64,000 nt of DNA from Armatimonadota bacterium (GTDB taxonomy: Bacteria > Armatimonadota > UBA5829 > DTLH01): positions 96,001 to 160,000 of the forward strand of contig JBBRAE010000002.1 of the NCBI GenBank assembly GCA_038207085.1, in the 5' to 3' direction. The position numbers were made by a program, and so were the translations under genes. Shown here in pieces: positions 1 to 8,296 of the stretch (its first letter is position 1; every line of letters begins with the position of its first letter). Below the pieces are notes generated by a model. The model had not been told where the DNA came from and ran no database searches. It saw only the letters and a program-made list of their open reading frames with translations.

Positions 1-321
1 TTTTCCTGACTCGTCGAAATCACTGACGAACTGCCTGGCTTGCTCGTTTACGCGAAGCTGGTCGGGGTTTAGCGCGCCTCCGGGGAGAAGAAGCGCATCA
101 AAATCGGAGGCCTTTGCCTGTTCGAGCTCCATATCTACAGGGAACATGTCGGCCTTTTCGATGTGGTTCAATCCCTGTACCATGTGTTTTTCGGGCGAGA
201 CGAGCACTGTCATGGCGCCAGCCTGTTGCAGTGCCTTGCGCGGCTCGACCATTTCTACCTGCTCAAAATCGTTCGCGACAAGAATCGCCACTTTCTTGCC
301 GTCGATGTTGTTTTCTGCCAT
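1..321 (-). CDS. PfpI/DJ-1 family (type 1 glutamine amidotransferase-like) protein; 3' end runs off the window
   Basis: Manual translation MAENNIDGKKVAILVANDFEQVEMVEPRKAL...FDALLLPGGALNPDQLR; GGAGG RBS upstream. Absent from the ORF track because it is truncated. Confidence 0.9.
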   Translation of the reverse strand, partial: MAENNIDGKKVAILVANDFEQVEMVEPRKALQQAGAMTVLVSPEKHMVQGLNHIEKADMFPVDMELEQAKASDFDALLLPGGALNPDQLRVNEQARQFVSDFDESGK

Positions 322-362
322 TGGTGTCCTCCACTTGTCGACTTGGTGTTCCAAATGGCTCG

Positions 363-389
363 TTACCCCACGGGGTGTAGCCGGGAAAC
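363..389 (-). promoter_or_regulatory. sigmaB/sigmaF-type promoter for the PfpI-family gene
   Basis: GTTT-N17-GGGTAA on the minus strand. Confidence 0.65.
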
Positions 390-550
390 ATTTGCGGGTA
401 AATAGTGGGGCATTATGGGCCAAAACAATCAAGGCGTATTGCCTTTTTGTGGAAAACCTGATATAGTGTTTCGGTTAGGCTTTCCCAGTCGGGGGGCTTG
501 AGACAATTTTTATCTAACCAAGATATTGCAAGATCGGGGGTGACACGTAG

Positions 551-820
551 TTGCCGAACATTAAATCGGTTAAAAAGGACGTCAAGAAGTCGCGAGAGAA
601 TCGCCTGCGCAACCTGGCTGTGAAGTCTTCAATCAAGACTTACACCAAGAGTGCTAAGACTGCCATTCTGGCAGGTAATGAGAACGTGGCTTCCGTCGTA
701 TCGACGGCCGTTAGCGTGATCGACAAGGCTGCTGAGAAAGGCATTATTCATAAGAATGCCGCAGCGCGCCGCAAGTCGAGACTAATGAAAAAAGCAGCCA
801 AGGCCGCAGCAAGCGCCTAG
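551..820 (+). CDS. rpsT: 30S ribosomal protein S20
   Basis: MPNIKS...IDKAAEKGIIHKNAAARRKSRL signature. Confidence 0.98.
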   Translation: MPNIKSVKKDVKKSRENRLRNLAVKSSIKTYTKSAKTAILAGNENVASVVSTAVSVIDKAAEKGIIHKNAAARRKSRLMKKAAKAAASA

Positions 821-893
821 CCTGCATTATTCACGAGTAGCGTGAATAATGCTTTGCCAGCGAGAGCTTTATTCGCTTCATGAATAAAGCGGG
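821..893 (+). mobile_element. 73-bp MITE, copy 1 (TSD CTAG)
   Basis: CCTGCATTATTCACG...TGAATAAAGCGGG flanked by CTAG at 817-820 and 894-897; near-identical copies at 58130, 58851 and 62652. Confidence 0.85.
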
Positions 894-942
894 CTAGTGC
901 AAGGCTTTTAGCAGAATGCCGATTTAAGGGACGGTGAAATAC

Positions 943-2046
943 TCACCGCCCCTTTTTGGCGTTTGTTCTGGTGCTGAGCTGGATTATCAGCAGTTCCATC
1001 GCAAGCCCCGGGTCGTTTACGTCGCCTTCAATCCCCTTTAGCGCAAGATCAACCCCCGCAATTCGCTCAAATGCCTCCGCAAGCTCCGGGAGCGAGAAGT
1101 TGCGCGCCTGCTGGACCATCTTATCGGTCTTCCACTTCTGTTCTTTCAGGATACTTGCGTCTTTGGGGAGGATCGCTTCAAGCTGCGGCGGGATCGACCC
1201 AGCCATAAACACCTTGCACCCCGCGTCCGAGAGCATTCGCGCCTGCCAGAGCATCCGAAAGTGCCGAGCGAGCATCGTCAGCGTCCGAAGCGCGGGGCCC
1301 TCTACTCGCCCGCCTCCCCCGTAGAGGAGCGGGCGCAGAAGGCCGAGCGCATCGGAGGCGCGTTTGCTTCCGACGGCGTCGATCATCGCGAAAATCTTCT
1401 CTTCCACCGTCTGGGTCGTCACCTCTTCGACGTCCTCATCGACGATCGTTTTGCGCTCCCCCGTGTAGCTGACGAGCTTTTCGATCTCCGAGCCGAGCAC
1501 GCCGAGGTCGGTCCCTGACCTGTGAACGAGTGTAGCTGCTGCGGTCGATGAGATCGCCTTGCCGGCCGACTTCACCATCTCCATAACAGTCGGTATAGCC
1601 GCCTGGTCTTTCATCAGCGGGAAATCGACCACTTTGCCAAGTTTTTTGACCACCGGGAGCAGCTCTTTGTGGAGTTCTGAGCCGCTCTTGGGTCTGCCGT
1701 CCTTGATCTCCGGGGCTGGGCAGATGAGGATGACGCAGGCCGATGCCGGGATGCGGTCGAGCTTGGTCGCAAGCGCCTGCTGCTCATTCGATGGTATCTC
1801 GTTTGCCTGGAAGACGACGAGCACCCGTCGGGCCGAGGCGATAGGCGGGACGATCGAGGCCGTCAGCAGCCTGTCGGCGGTCACGTCGGGTCCGTAGAGC
1901 GACTCCAGGTCAAAATCTCGGAAGTCTGGATCGGTGAGCGCACCCGTCAGCTTTTCGACGGCTTTGCGTTTCTGCGCGTCGTCTGCTCCGTGATAAAGTA
2001 TGATCCGGTCGGACTTTTCAATTTTTCCAGCGGCTTTAGGTGTCAT
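943..2046 (-). CDS. holA: DNA polymerase III delta subunit
   Basis: ILYHG, PPIASARRVLVV, EIEKLVSY and DLALKG motifs; convergent with rpsT as commonly seen. Confidence 0.92.
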   Translation of the reverse strand: MTPKAAGKIEKSDRIILYHGADDAQKRKAVEKLTGALTDPDFRDFDLESLYGPDVTADRLLTASIVPPIASARRVLVVFQANEIPSNEQQALATKLDRIPASACVILICPAPEIKDGRPKSGSELHKELLPVVKKLGKVVDFPLMKDQAAIPTVMEMVKSAGKAISSTAAATLVHRSGTDLGVLGSEIEKLVSYTGERKTIVDEDVEEVTTQTVEEKIFAMIDAVGSKRASDALGLLRPLLYGGGGRVEGPALRTLTMLARHFRMLWQARMLSDAGCKVFMAGSIPPQLEAILPKDASILKEQKWKTDKMVQQARNFSLPELAEAFERIAGVDLALKGIEGDVNDPGLAMELLIIQLSTRTNAKKGR

Positions 2047-2197
2047 GTCCCTACATTATCGCACTGTGGGCCGCCAGTTTCAAGCTTGTGCACACATATC
2101 CTGATTTTTGTGGTCTATCAAAGCAGAAATGCCGCGTGCGGATACTTCGGCGAAAGGCTTGCCAATGCCGAATAACCAAGTTAGCCCGACACCAAAG

Positions 2198-2251
2198 TTG
2201 ACCGAGGGGTATTTGATGGGTATACTATACTCGATCTATACGGTCGGGTTA
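2198..2251 (+). promoter_or_regulatory. sigma70 promoter plus IscR/Rrf2-like operator palindrome
   Basis: TTGACC-N17-TATACT followed by ATACTCGATCTATACGGTCGGGTTA (imperfect palindrome) just upstream of the Rrf2 gene. Confidence 0.6.
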
Positions 2252-2265
2252 CTAGGAATACAGAT

Positions 2266-2715
2266 ATGAACTTCACAGCCAAAGAGGACTACGGCATCCG
2301 CGCCGTGCTTGATATTGCGACCAACCGGGCCCACGCCCCGATCCAGGCCCGCGAGATTGCCGCTCGTCAGCACATCCCCGAGCAGTTTTTGGAGCAGGTC
2401 CTTGCGACGCTTCGGCGCGCGGGGGTCGTCCGAAGCACAAGGGGGGCCGCCGGAGGTTACGATCTGGCAAAACCCGCGCACCAGACCACAGTGGGCGAAA
2501 TCATCCGCGCTCTCTCTGGCCCGATAGTCCCGGTGCAGTGTGTAAACGAGGACGACTTCGCAAAGTGCGACTCCCAGGGATCCTGCACCGTCTCGATCTT
2601 CTGGTGCAATCTGAAACAGGCGATAGAATCGGTCGTCGACGGCACTACGGTCCAGGATCTGGTCGACAAGCAGGTGGACGTGAAGAGCGCTCAGAGCTTT
2701 ATGATGAATATCTGA
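2266..2715 (+). CDS. Rrf2 family transcriptional regulator (IscR/CymR-like, three C-terminal Cys)
   Basis: YGIRA, IPEQFLEQVL, STRGAAGGYDL motifs; C-x8-C-x5-C. Confidence 0.93.
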   Translation: MNFTAKEDYGIRAVLDIATNRAHAPIQAREIAARQHIPEQFLEQVLATLRRAGVVRSTRGAAGGYDLAKPAHQTTVGEIIRALSGPIVPVQCVNEDDFAKCDSQGSCTVSIFWCNLKQAIESVVDGTTVQDLVDKQVDVKSAQSFMMNI

Positions 2716-2788
2716 TTGGGGACGAATGTCCCCAAAACCCGGCCCGGCAGGAATCTACCGGGCCATCGTCGTTCAGCTCTCGTCCATA

Positions 2789-3664
2789 TTAAGTCCCGAC
2801 GACACTTAGTTCTGCGGCCCTGAGTGTGACTTCAACCGTGCCGTCGCTCCCAATAGTCGACTTCTCGCTCTCCGGCAGGTCTCCTTCGGTCGGAATCATC
2901 TCCGGATAGGCGAAGTCGGGGTTGCCCTTAAGAAGCGCCGGGTCCTCCGATGAGTAGTTGTGGTAGCTGTAGACTACGTCGAGGTCAGCAAACGCCTCGG
3001 CGCAGATTCGCATCCGCTCAACCCTGATCGGGTGCCCCCAGACGGTGTCGGCGACGACCAGCTTGACCTCCGGGTAGAGCCCGCGCTCCTTGAGTAGGCT
3101 GTAAGCCTCACGGTTGATTCGGACGTAATCCTCAAAGGGTGGCTGCGTGTCGACCTGCGGTCCGAATATCCTTCTGGCAAGGGGTGAATCGTGGGGATAC
3201 ATGCCATCGGGCTCGTTGTAGAGCGTGAGCCACGCAAGCCCGGCTATCCCCTCAACCTCCCGCAGATGCTCGAACAGTCCGATCATCGCCCGCACAAGCG
3301 GCGAGGCGTCAGGCACTGCAGGCGGCTGAGGCATGAATAGCACGAGGTTAAGCTTGGTCCCGATATCATCGAGTAGCCGGAGTTGGCGCAGGAGGTGGGC
3401 GAAGTATGGCCCGTCCCAGACGAACGTCTCCCCATCAAAGGACGGGTTGAACCAAGAGACGTCGACAAATAGCCTTGAGATCGCCGGTCTAAGCTCCCGA
3501 GTGCGCCGATCGATCAGCGCGAGGTCACTCTCATCGACGCCGCATGTTCGATTGGTGTCGTCAAAGATATAGCAGTCCGCCTCCGCGCCGATTCCGCGGA
3601 AAGGCTGGCAAGTGACGGGCATTGTGGTTATCAAGAGTTCGTTCATCTGGACCTTCCATCGCAC
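2789..3664 (-). CDS. Glycoside hydrolase-like TIM-barrel protein, possibly internally deleted
   Basis: TLYNEPD (clan GH-A-like acid/base motif) and YSYHNY; abrupt jump to a short beta-strand tail. Confidence 0.55.
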   Translation of the reverse strand: MRWKVQMNELLITTMPVTCQPFRGIGAEADCYIFDDTNRTCGVDESDLALIDRRTRELRPAISRLFVDVSWFNPSFDGETFVWDGPYFAHLLRQLRLLDDIGTKLNLVLFMPQPPAVPDASPLVRAMIGLFEHLREVEGIAGLAWLTLYNEPDGMYPHDSPLARRIFGPQVDTQPPFEDYVRINREAYSLLKERGLYPEVKLVVADTVWGHPIRVERMRICAEAFADLDVVYSYHNYSSEDPALLKGNPDFAYPEMIPTEGDLPESEKSTIGSDGTVEVTLRAAELSVVGT

Positions 3665-3671
3665 CTTGATG

Positions 3672-4439
3672 CTAAGTGCCGGGATCGATGTCCTTAGTTC
3701 CCATCAAGAGCATTCGCACGTTGATCAAATCTTCCTCGGTGTCTACTCCTACGGGCGAAAAATCGCTTTCGATCATTTTGATGTTCCAGCCGTTTTCGAG
3801 CGCGCGGAGCTGTTCCAGCGATTCTGCGACCTCAAGCTGCGTCGGCGCGAGCTCGCTGAATGCTCGGAGCGAGGCCACCGAGTAGCCGTAGAGACCGATG
3901 TGGCCGTAGGTGACGAGTCCCGGGCTTTCGGTTCGCACGTAGGGGATCGGCGAGCGCGAGAAGTAGAGGGCTCGGTTCGATCTGTCGACTACGACTTTTA
4001 CCAGGTTCGGGTCGGCGGCCTGCTCGCGGGTGATCGGGCGCATCATGCTTACCATCTCAGGGGCGTCCGGGGCAAGAAGCGGGCTGATCAGGCTGTCGAT
4101 CGCCTCGGACGGGATCAAGGGCTCGTCGCCCTGAACGTTTAGCACTATGTCTGAGTCAGAAAGCGACTGCGAAGCCTCAGCCAGGCGGTCGGTGCCGGAG
4201 CGGTGTTCGTTTGACGTGTAGACGGCCTTGCCGCCGAATCCCGCGACTGCATCTATTACCTTCTGGTCGGGGGTCGCGACAAGCACTTCGCTTACCCTCG
4301 CCGCGCCCATCGCGCGCTCGTAGACGCGTTGGATCATGGGTTTGCCGCAGATGTCTGCGAGGGGTTTCCCCGGAAGCCGGGTCGATGCCATTCGGGCGGG
4401 GATGATCACTACAACCCGCCGTGCGCTCTTAACTGCCAT
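3672..4439 (-). CDS. kdsB: 3-deoxy-manno-octulosonate cytidylyltransferase (CMP-Kdo synthetase)
   Basis: IPARMASTRLPGKPL, NVQGDEP, ALYFSRSPIP, ESLEQLRALENG. Confidence 0.97.
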   Translation of the reverse strand: MAVKSARRVVVIIPARMASTRLPGKPLADICGKPMIQRVYERAMGAARVSEVLVATPDQKVIDAVAGFGGKAVYTSNEHRSGTDRLAEASQSLSDSDIVLNVQGDEPLIPSEAIDSLISPLLAPDAPEMVSMMRPITREQAADPNLVKVVVDRSNRALYFSRSPIPYVRTESPGLVTYGHIGLYGYSVASLRAFSELAPTQLEVAESLEQLRALENGWNIKMIESDFSPVGVDTEEDLINVRMLLMGTKDIDPGT

Positions 4440-4917
4440 ACGTTTCGTTTATCCTATTCACAAGATTTGTGGTCGATTTGCCCTCGACAAAGGGGATGAT
4501 TGCGATTCTTCCCCCGCCCGCGCGCACCACCTCGGCCTCGGGGAGGTCGTCTTCCTTGTAGTCGCCGCCTTTGACGTGCACACTTGGCGTGAGCTCTCTG
4601 ATAAGCTCGATTGGGGTCTCTTCGCCGAAGATCGTGACAAAGTCGACGAACCAGAGCGCCCCGAGCACTTCCGCGCGTTCGTCCTCTGATACCAGCGGTC
4701 TGCTCTGGCCCTTCAGCCGCCTGACGCTTGCGTCGGAGTTCAGTCCCACGACGAGCACATCGCCGAGCGCGCGCGCAGCTTCGAGGTAACGCACGTGGCC
4801 GACGTGGAGGATGTCGAAGCACCCGTTGGTGAAGACCACCCGTTTGCCTTCGCGCTTAAGCTCTGAAACAATGGTCGCGAGCTCACTTCGGTTCTTGACC
4901 TTGGAAAGCGATGTCAT
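4429..4917 (-). CDS. rfaE2: D-glycero-beta-D-manno-heptose 1-phosphate adenylyltransferase (RfaE domain II)
   Basis: VFTNGCFDILHVGH, GLNSDASVRRLKG, VKGGDY, GKSTT. Confidence 0.95.
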   Translation of the reverse strand: MTSLSKVKNRSELATIVSELKREGKRVVFTNGCFDILHVGHVRYLEAARALGDVLVVGLNSDASVRRLKGQSRPLVSEDERAEVLGALWFVDFVTIFGEETPIELIRELTPSVHVKGGDYKEDDLPEAEVVRAGGGRIAIIPFVEGKSTTNLVNRINETYGS

Positions 4918-5573
4918 CGGCTAATTTGAACCTTTCCTACAACTTTTTCTATCTCTTCTATGGCAAGCGAGCCCACTCGCAGTATTCTCGGCGGGTCGAC
5001 GGTCACATCTACCACAGTAGAGGCCTCCCCAAGCTCACACGGCCCTGCGTCAAGGACGATCTCGACCGACTCGCCGATCTGGGCGACCGCGTCCGCCGCA
5101 GTGGTAGGTGCGACCCCGCCGGATATGTTCGCGCTCGTTGCGACGATCGGGCAGCCAAACTCCCACAGGAGTTGCAGCGCGACCTTGTGCCTGGGCATCC
5201 GCACGCCGATCGTCGGCCCGTTTGCTGCAACGATCTCGGGGATATCGGCGTGTTTCTCCATTATAAGCGTAAGCGGCCCCGGAAAGAACCTGTCTACGAG
5301 CTTCTGTCCCACTGAGGGAACGCTTCGGGCGACCTTTTTGATGTCGCGCTTCTCGCCGATCTGCACGGGTAGCGCCTCTGTAAACATTCGACGTTTGGCC
5401 GCAAAAACCTTCGCCGCCGCCCCTGCGTCAAACGCGCTTGCGGCGAGACCGTAGACGGTCTCGGTAGGGAATATCACGAGCTTTCCCGCTCGAAGCGCCG
5501 AGGCCGCGCGTTTGATCGCCTCCTGGTCTATCTGGTCCGGATCGATTTTGTAAATTACCATAGCTGAAAACAC
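4914..5573 (-). CDS. tsaC: L-threonylcarbamoyladenylate synthase (YrdC/Sua5 domain)
   Basis: FPTETVYGL, PGPLTL, ATSANISG, STVVD. Confidence 0.95.
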   Translation of the reverse strand: MFSAMVIYKIDPDQIDQEAIKRAASALRAGKLVIFPTETVYGLAASAFDAGAAAKVFAAKRRMFTEALPVQIGEKRDIKKVARSVPSVGQKLVDRFFPGPLTLIMEKHADIPEIVAANGPTIGVRMPRHKVALQLLWEFGCPIVATSANISGGVAPTTAADAVAQIGESVEIVLDAGPCELGEASTVVDVTVDPPRILRVGSLAIEEIEKVVGKVQISR

Positions 5574-5817
5574 CTTGTTATGGATATCCCGCAGGGTGAA
5601 ACTAATCTAAACGGGAGGAGAAAAAGTGGTCGAGATAGTGTCAATTCGTCGCGATGCACTGATTATTCGACTTGTTACAATGAGATTCCTTCCTCCAAAT
5701 GGGTACGTTCACAAAAACTTTAGCAAGTATTTTCGCTAAGTTTGGTCATTTGAGCGTGTAACCCGTTGTCAACGCCATTACTCCTGAGTTATAATCAGGC
5801 CGGAGGAGAACGCAGCC

Positions 5818-6195
5818 GTGAATACTGAACTTGAGAAACTTGATACAATTCGCAGTCGGATGGACGTTTCCTATGCGGTGGCGCGCGAGGCGCTTGAGGC
5901 CGCGGACGGCGATGCCATACAGGCGATTGTCGATATCGAGAGCCGTCAAGGGCAGCAGGGTGACCTGCTTTCGGTAGGCATCGAGCTTTTGGACGATGTT
6001 CAGAAGCTTGTAGAGGCGGGTGGAGCCAAGAAGGTCAAGCTGAAATTTGGTGAGAAGACCTTGGCCGAGTATCCCGTCGCGCTTACCGCAGCCGCTGCGT
6101 TCGTCCTTGGACTCGCAGCCGTGCTCGTCAGCAAGGCTTCCGTCGAGATCGAACGCGAGGATGTGGTTCTGGAAGGACAGTTCGAAGATGAGTAA
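5818..6195 (+). CDS. DUF4342-like protein with N-terminal UBA/NAC-like helical domain
   Basis: RMDVSYAVAREALEAADGD...; hydrophobic C-terminal segment; overlaps the sigH start; TTGTCA...TATAAT promoter upstream. Confidence 0.7.
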   Translation: MNTELEKLDTIRSRMDVSYAVAREALEAADGDAIQAIVDIESRQGQQGDLLSVGIELLDDVQKLVEAGGAKKVKLKFGEKTLAEYPVALTAAAAFVLGLAAVLVSKASVEIEREDVVLEGQFEDE

Positions 6196-6871
6196 GCCTG
6201 ATTTGCTTCGCCGGGTGCTTACCGACGATCACAGGAACAATGCAAGCAATTTCACGCATCTTTCCGATCAGCAGATCGTTGTGATCGCGCAGAGGGGCGA
6301 GGAGTCGGCTGTGGAGCATCTGCTCTACAAGTACCGCAGCCTTGTACGCACCAAGGTAAGAAGCTACTTCTTGCTGGGCGCTGAGAAAGAGGACCTGCTG
6401 CAGATCGGCATGATCGGGCTCTGGCAGGCCATAATCGATTATCGCCCGGACAAGGACATCTCGTTTCTGTCGTTTGCCAGGATCTGTATCGAGCGCCACG
6501 TGATTACCGCTATCAAAACGGCGACCAGGCAGAAGCAGTCGCCGCTGAACACGTCGGTCTCACTTGAATATCCGTCCGACGATAGCGAGTCGGAGTGGAA
6601 CCTGGCCGAGATCCTCGTCTCCGAGGACACGGTCGACCCTGAAGAGCTGGTCCTTCGCCGTGAGGACAACCGCCGACTGAAGGACATGCTCCAGCGGCTT
6701 CTTTCAGACTTCGAGTGGCAGGTGCTCGCCGGTTACCAGGTAGGCAAAAGCTATCGGGAGATCGCCTGTGAGCTCGAGTGCAAGACGAAATCGGTCGACA
6801 ATGCGCTTGCGAGGATAAAGCGAAAGATCTCCGAGAAGCACTACTGCTTTCCCGGGTTAGATGTAAAGTAA
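6188..6871 (+). CDS. sigH: RNA polymerase sigma factor SigH (Spo0H-like)
   Basis: YFLLGAEKEDLLQIGMIGL, ITAIKTATRQKQSPLN, KSVDNALARIKRK; start reassigned to ATG 6188. Confidence 0.92.
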   Translation: MSKPDLLRRVLTDDHRNNASNFTHLSDQQIVVIAQRGEESAVEHLLYKYRSLVRTKVRSYFLLGAEKEDLLQIGMIGLWQAIIDYRPDKDISFLSFARICIERHVITAIKTATRQKQSPLNTSVSLEYPSDDSESEWNLAEILVSEDTVDPEELVLRREDNRRLKDMLQRLLSDFEWQVLAGYQVGKSYREIACELECKTKSVDNALARIKRKISEKHYCFPGLDVK

Positions 6872-6880
6872 GAACCAATG

Positions 6881-6906
6881 GGCCGCCCTTCGGGGCGGCC
6901 TTTTTT
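6881..6906 (+). terminator. Rho-independent terminator after sigH
   Basis: GGCCGCCC-TTCG-GGGCGGCC followed by TTTTTT. Confidence 0.9.
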
Positions 6907-7229
6907 GTATTCGGGGGATAGGTGGAGGGTGATTGGCTGTGCTACTTGTCGAGAGATAGGTATCTTGATCGTTCGGGAGATTGCTCCCGAATGCAAAGAA
7001 GAACGAGGACTTAAGTTCGGGGCAAGGGCTACAACCGACTGAGCGGGAGCTAAGCTCCCTTGCTGTTCTTTGCGTGCGTGATACACATCGCACACGATCT
7101 GGATCACAGATCCCTCTCTTGCCAACAGGCCCCGGATTTCAAATCCGGGCCAACGTACGCCCACCAATCTCCCCAATCTCGCTAGTCCCTCTCGGCACTC
7201 TGAACTCCGCACTGCTGCCCCCAATCCAC

Positions 7230-7256
7230 GTTTCACTCCGAGCCACCTTCGGGTAA
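7230..7256 (+). promoter_or_regulatory. sigmaB/sigmaF-type promoter
   Basis: GTTT-N17-GGGTAA upstream of the DUF1540-like gene. Confidence 0.65.
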
Positions 7257-7278
7257 TCGGCATTGGCTATCCAAGGAG

Positions 7279-7566
7279 GTGATATATATGATGATGCCCG
7301 AAGTCAAGAAATGCAGCGTTAACCAGTGTTACTACAACCAGCAGGAGCTGTGCCACGCCAACGCGATTCAGGTTGGCTCGGACCACCCCATGTGTGACAC
7401 TTTCGTCTCATCAAACGAGCACGGCCATCCGGCGGATCAGGGGAAGGTCGGCGCCTGCCACATCAGCAACTGCGAGTACAACCAGAACATGTCCTGCGCC
7501 GCAAACGGTATCGAGGTTGGGATACACTCCGAGCACGCAGATTGTTTCACGTTTGAACCAAAGTAG
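7279..7566 (+). CDS. DUF1540-like small Cys-rich protein (two repeats)
   Basis: CSVNQCYYN...CHANAIQV...CDTF and CHISNCEYN...CAANGIEV...CFTF; AGGAGG RBS. Confidence 0.85.
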   Translation: MIYMMMPEVKKCSVNQCYYNQQELCHANAIQVGSDHPMCDTFVSSNEHGHPADQGKVGACHISNCEYNQNMSCAANGIEVGIHSEHADCFTFEPK

Positions 7567-7668
7567 CGAGGTGGCCGGGCCTCGTCCCGGCCATGAAAAG
7601 AAATTCCCCCTTGTTCATCACCCACTTTTGCCAGTATAATATACAGTAATAGAACAATATCAACTTGT

Positions 7669-8286
7669 GTGACTGACAACTGTCGCATACTGGTGCCCAT
7701 GCCTGCTGCAGAACAAATCCACCCAATAGAAGAACCCATACTGGCCCAAGAGCCCAAGGAGCCCAAGAAGGGCTATACCCTCGGCATGCTCATCAGGTCG
7801 TGTGCGCAGACTGTGTTTATCACCGCGGCGCTTTTCTTTCTGATCACCCACTTCACCGTGCAGGGGTTTGCCATATCCGGGACATGCATGGAACCGAACC
7901 TGAAAACCGGGGAACGGGTGCTCGGAAACAAGCTCGCATACGTCGCATCGGGGCCGGTGCGTGGGGACGTGATCGTCTTTCGCTACCCTGTTGACCCCAG
8001 CCGCACCTATATCAAGCGGGTGATCGGCCTTCCCGGTGAGACGATCGAGGTGCGCGAGGGGCGCGTTCTGATCAACGGACATAGAATCTTTGAACCCTAT
8101 CTCCTCAAAACCGCCCACGGTGACTACGGGCCGGAAAAGATCAAGGACGGGCGGCTCTTCGTGATGGGGGACTACCGCGATCAAAGCAACGACAGCCGAA
8201 TCTGGGGGGAGCTTCCGGTCGAGAACATCAAGGCCAAGGCCTGGGTGCGCTACTGGCCGCCGGTTCGGGCTCAGTTGATGAAGTAA
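7669..8286 (+). CDS. lepB: Signal peptidase I
   Basis: One TM segment, SGTCMEPNL, YIKRVIGLPG, GDYRDQSNDSR; exact start uncertain. Confidence 0.93.
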   Translation: MTDNCRILVPMPAAEQIHPIEEPILAQEPKEPKKGYTLGMLIRSCAQTVFITAALFFLITHFTVQGFAISGTCMEPNLKTGERVLGNKLAYVASGPVRGDVIVFRYPVDPSRTYIKRVIGLPGETIEVREGRVLINGHRIFEPYLLKTAHGDYGPEKIKDGRLFVMGDYRDQSNDSRIWGELPVENIKAKAWVRYWPPVRAQLMK

Positions 8287-8296
8287 GCCGCGCGAG

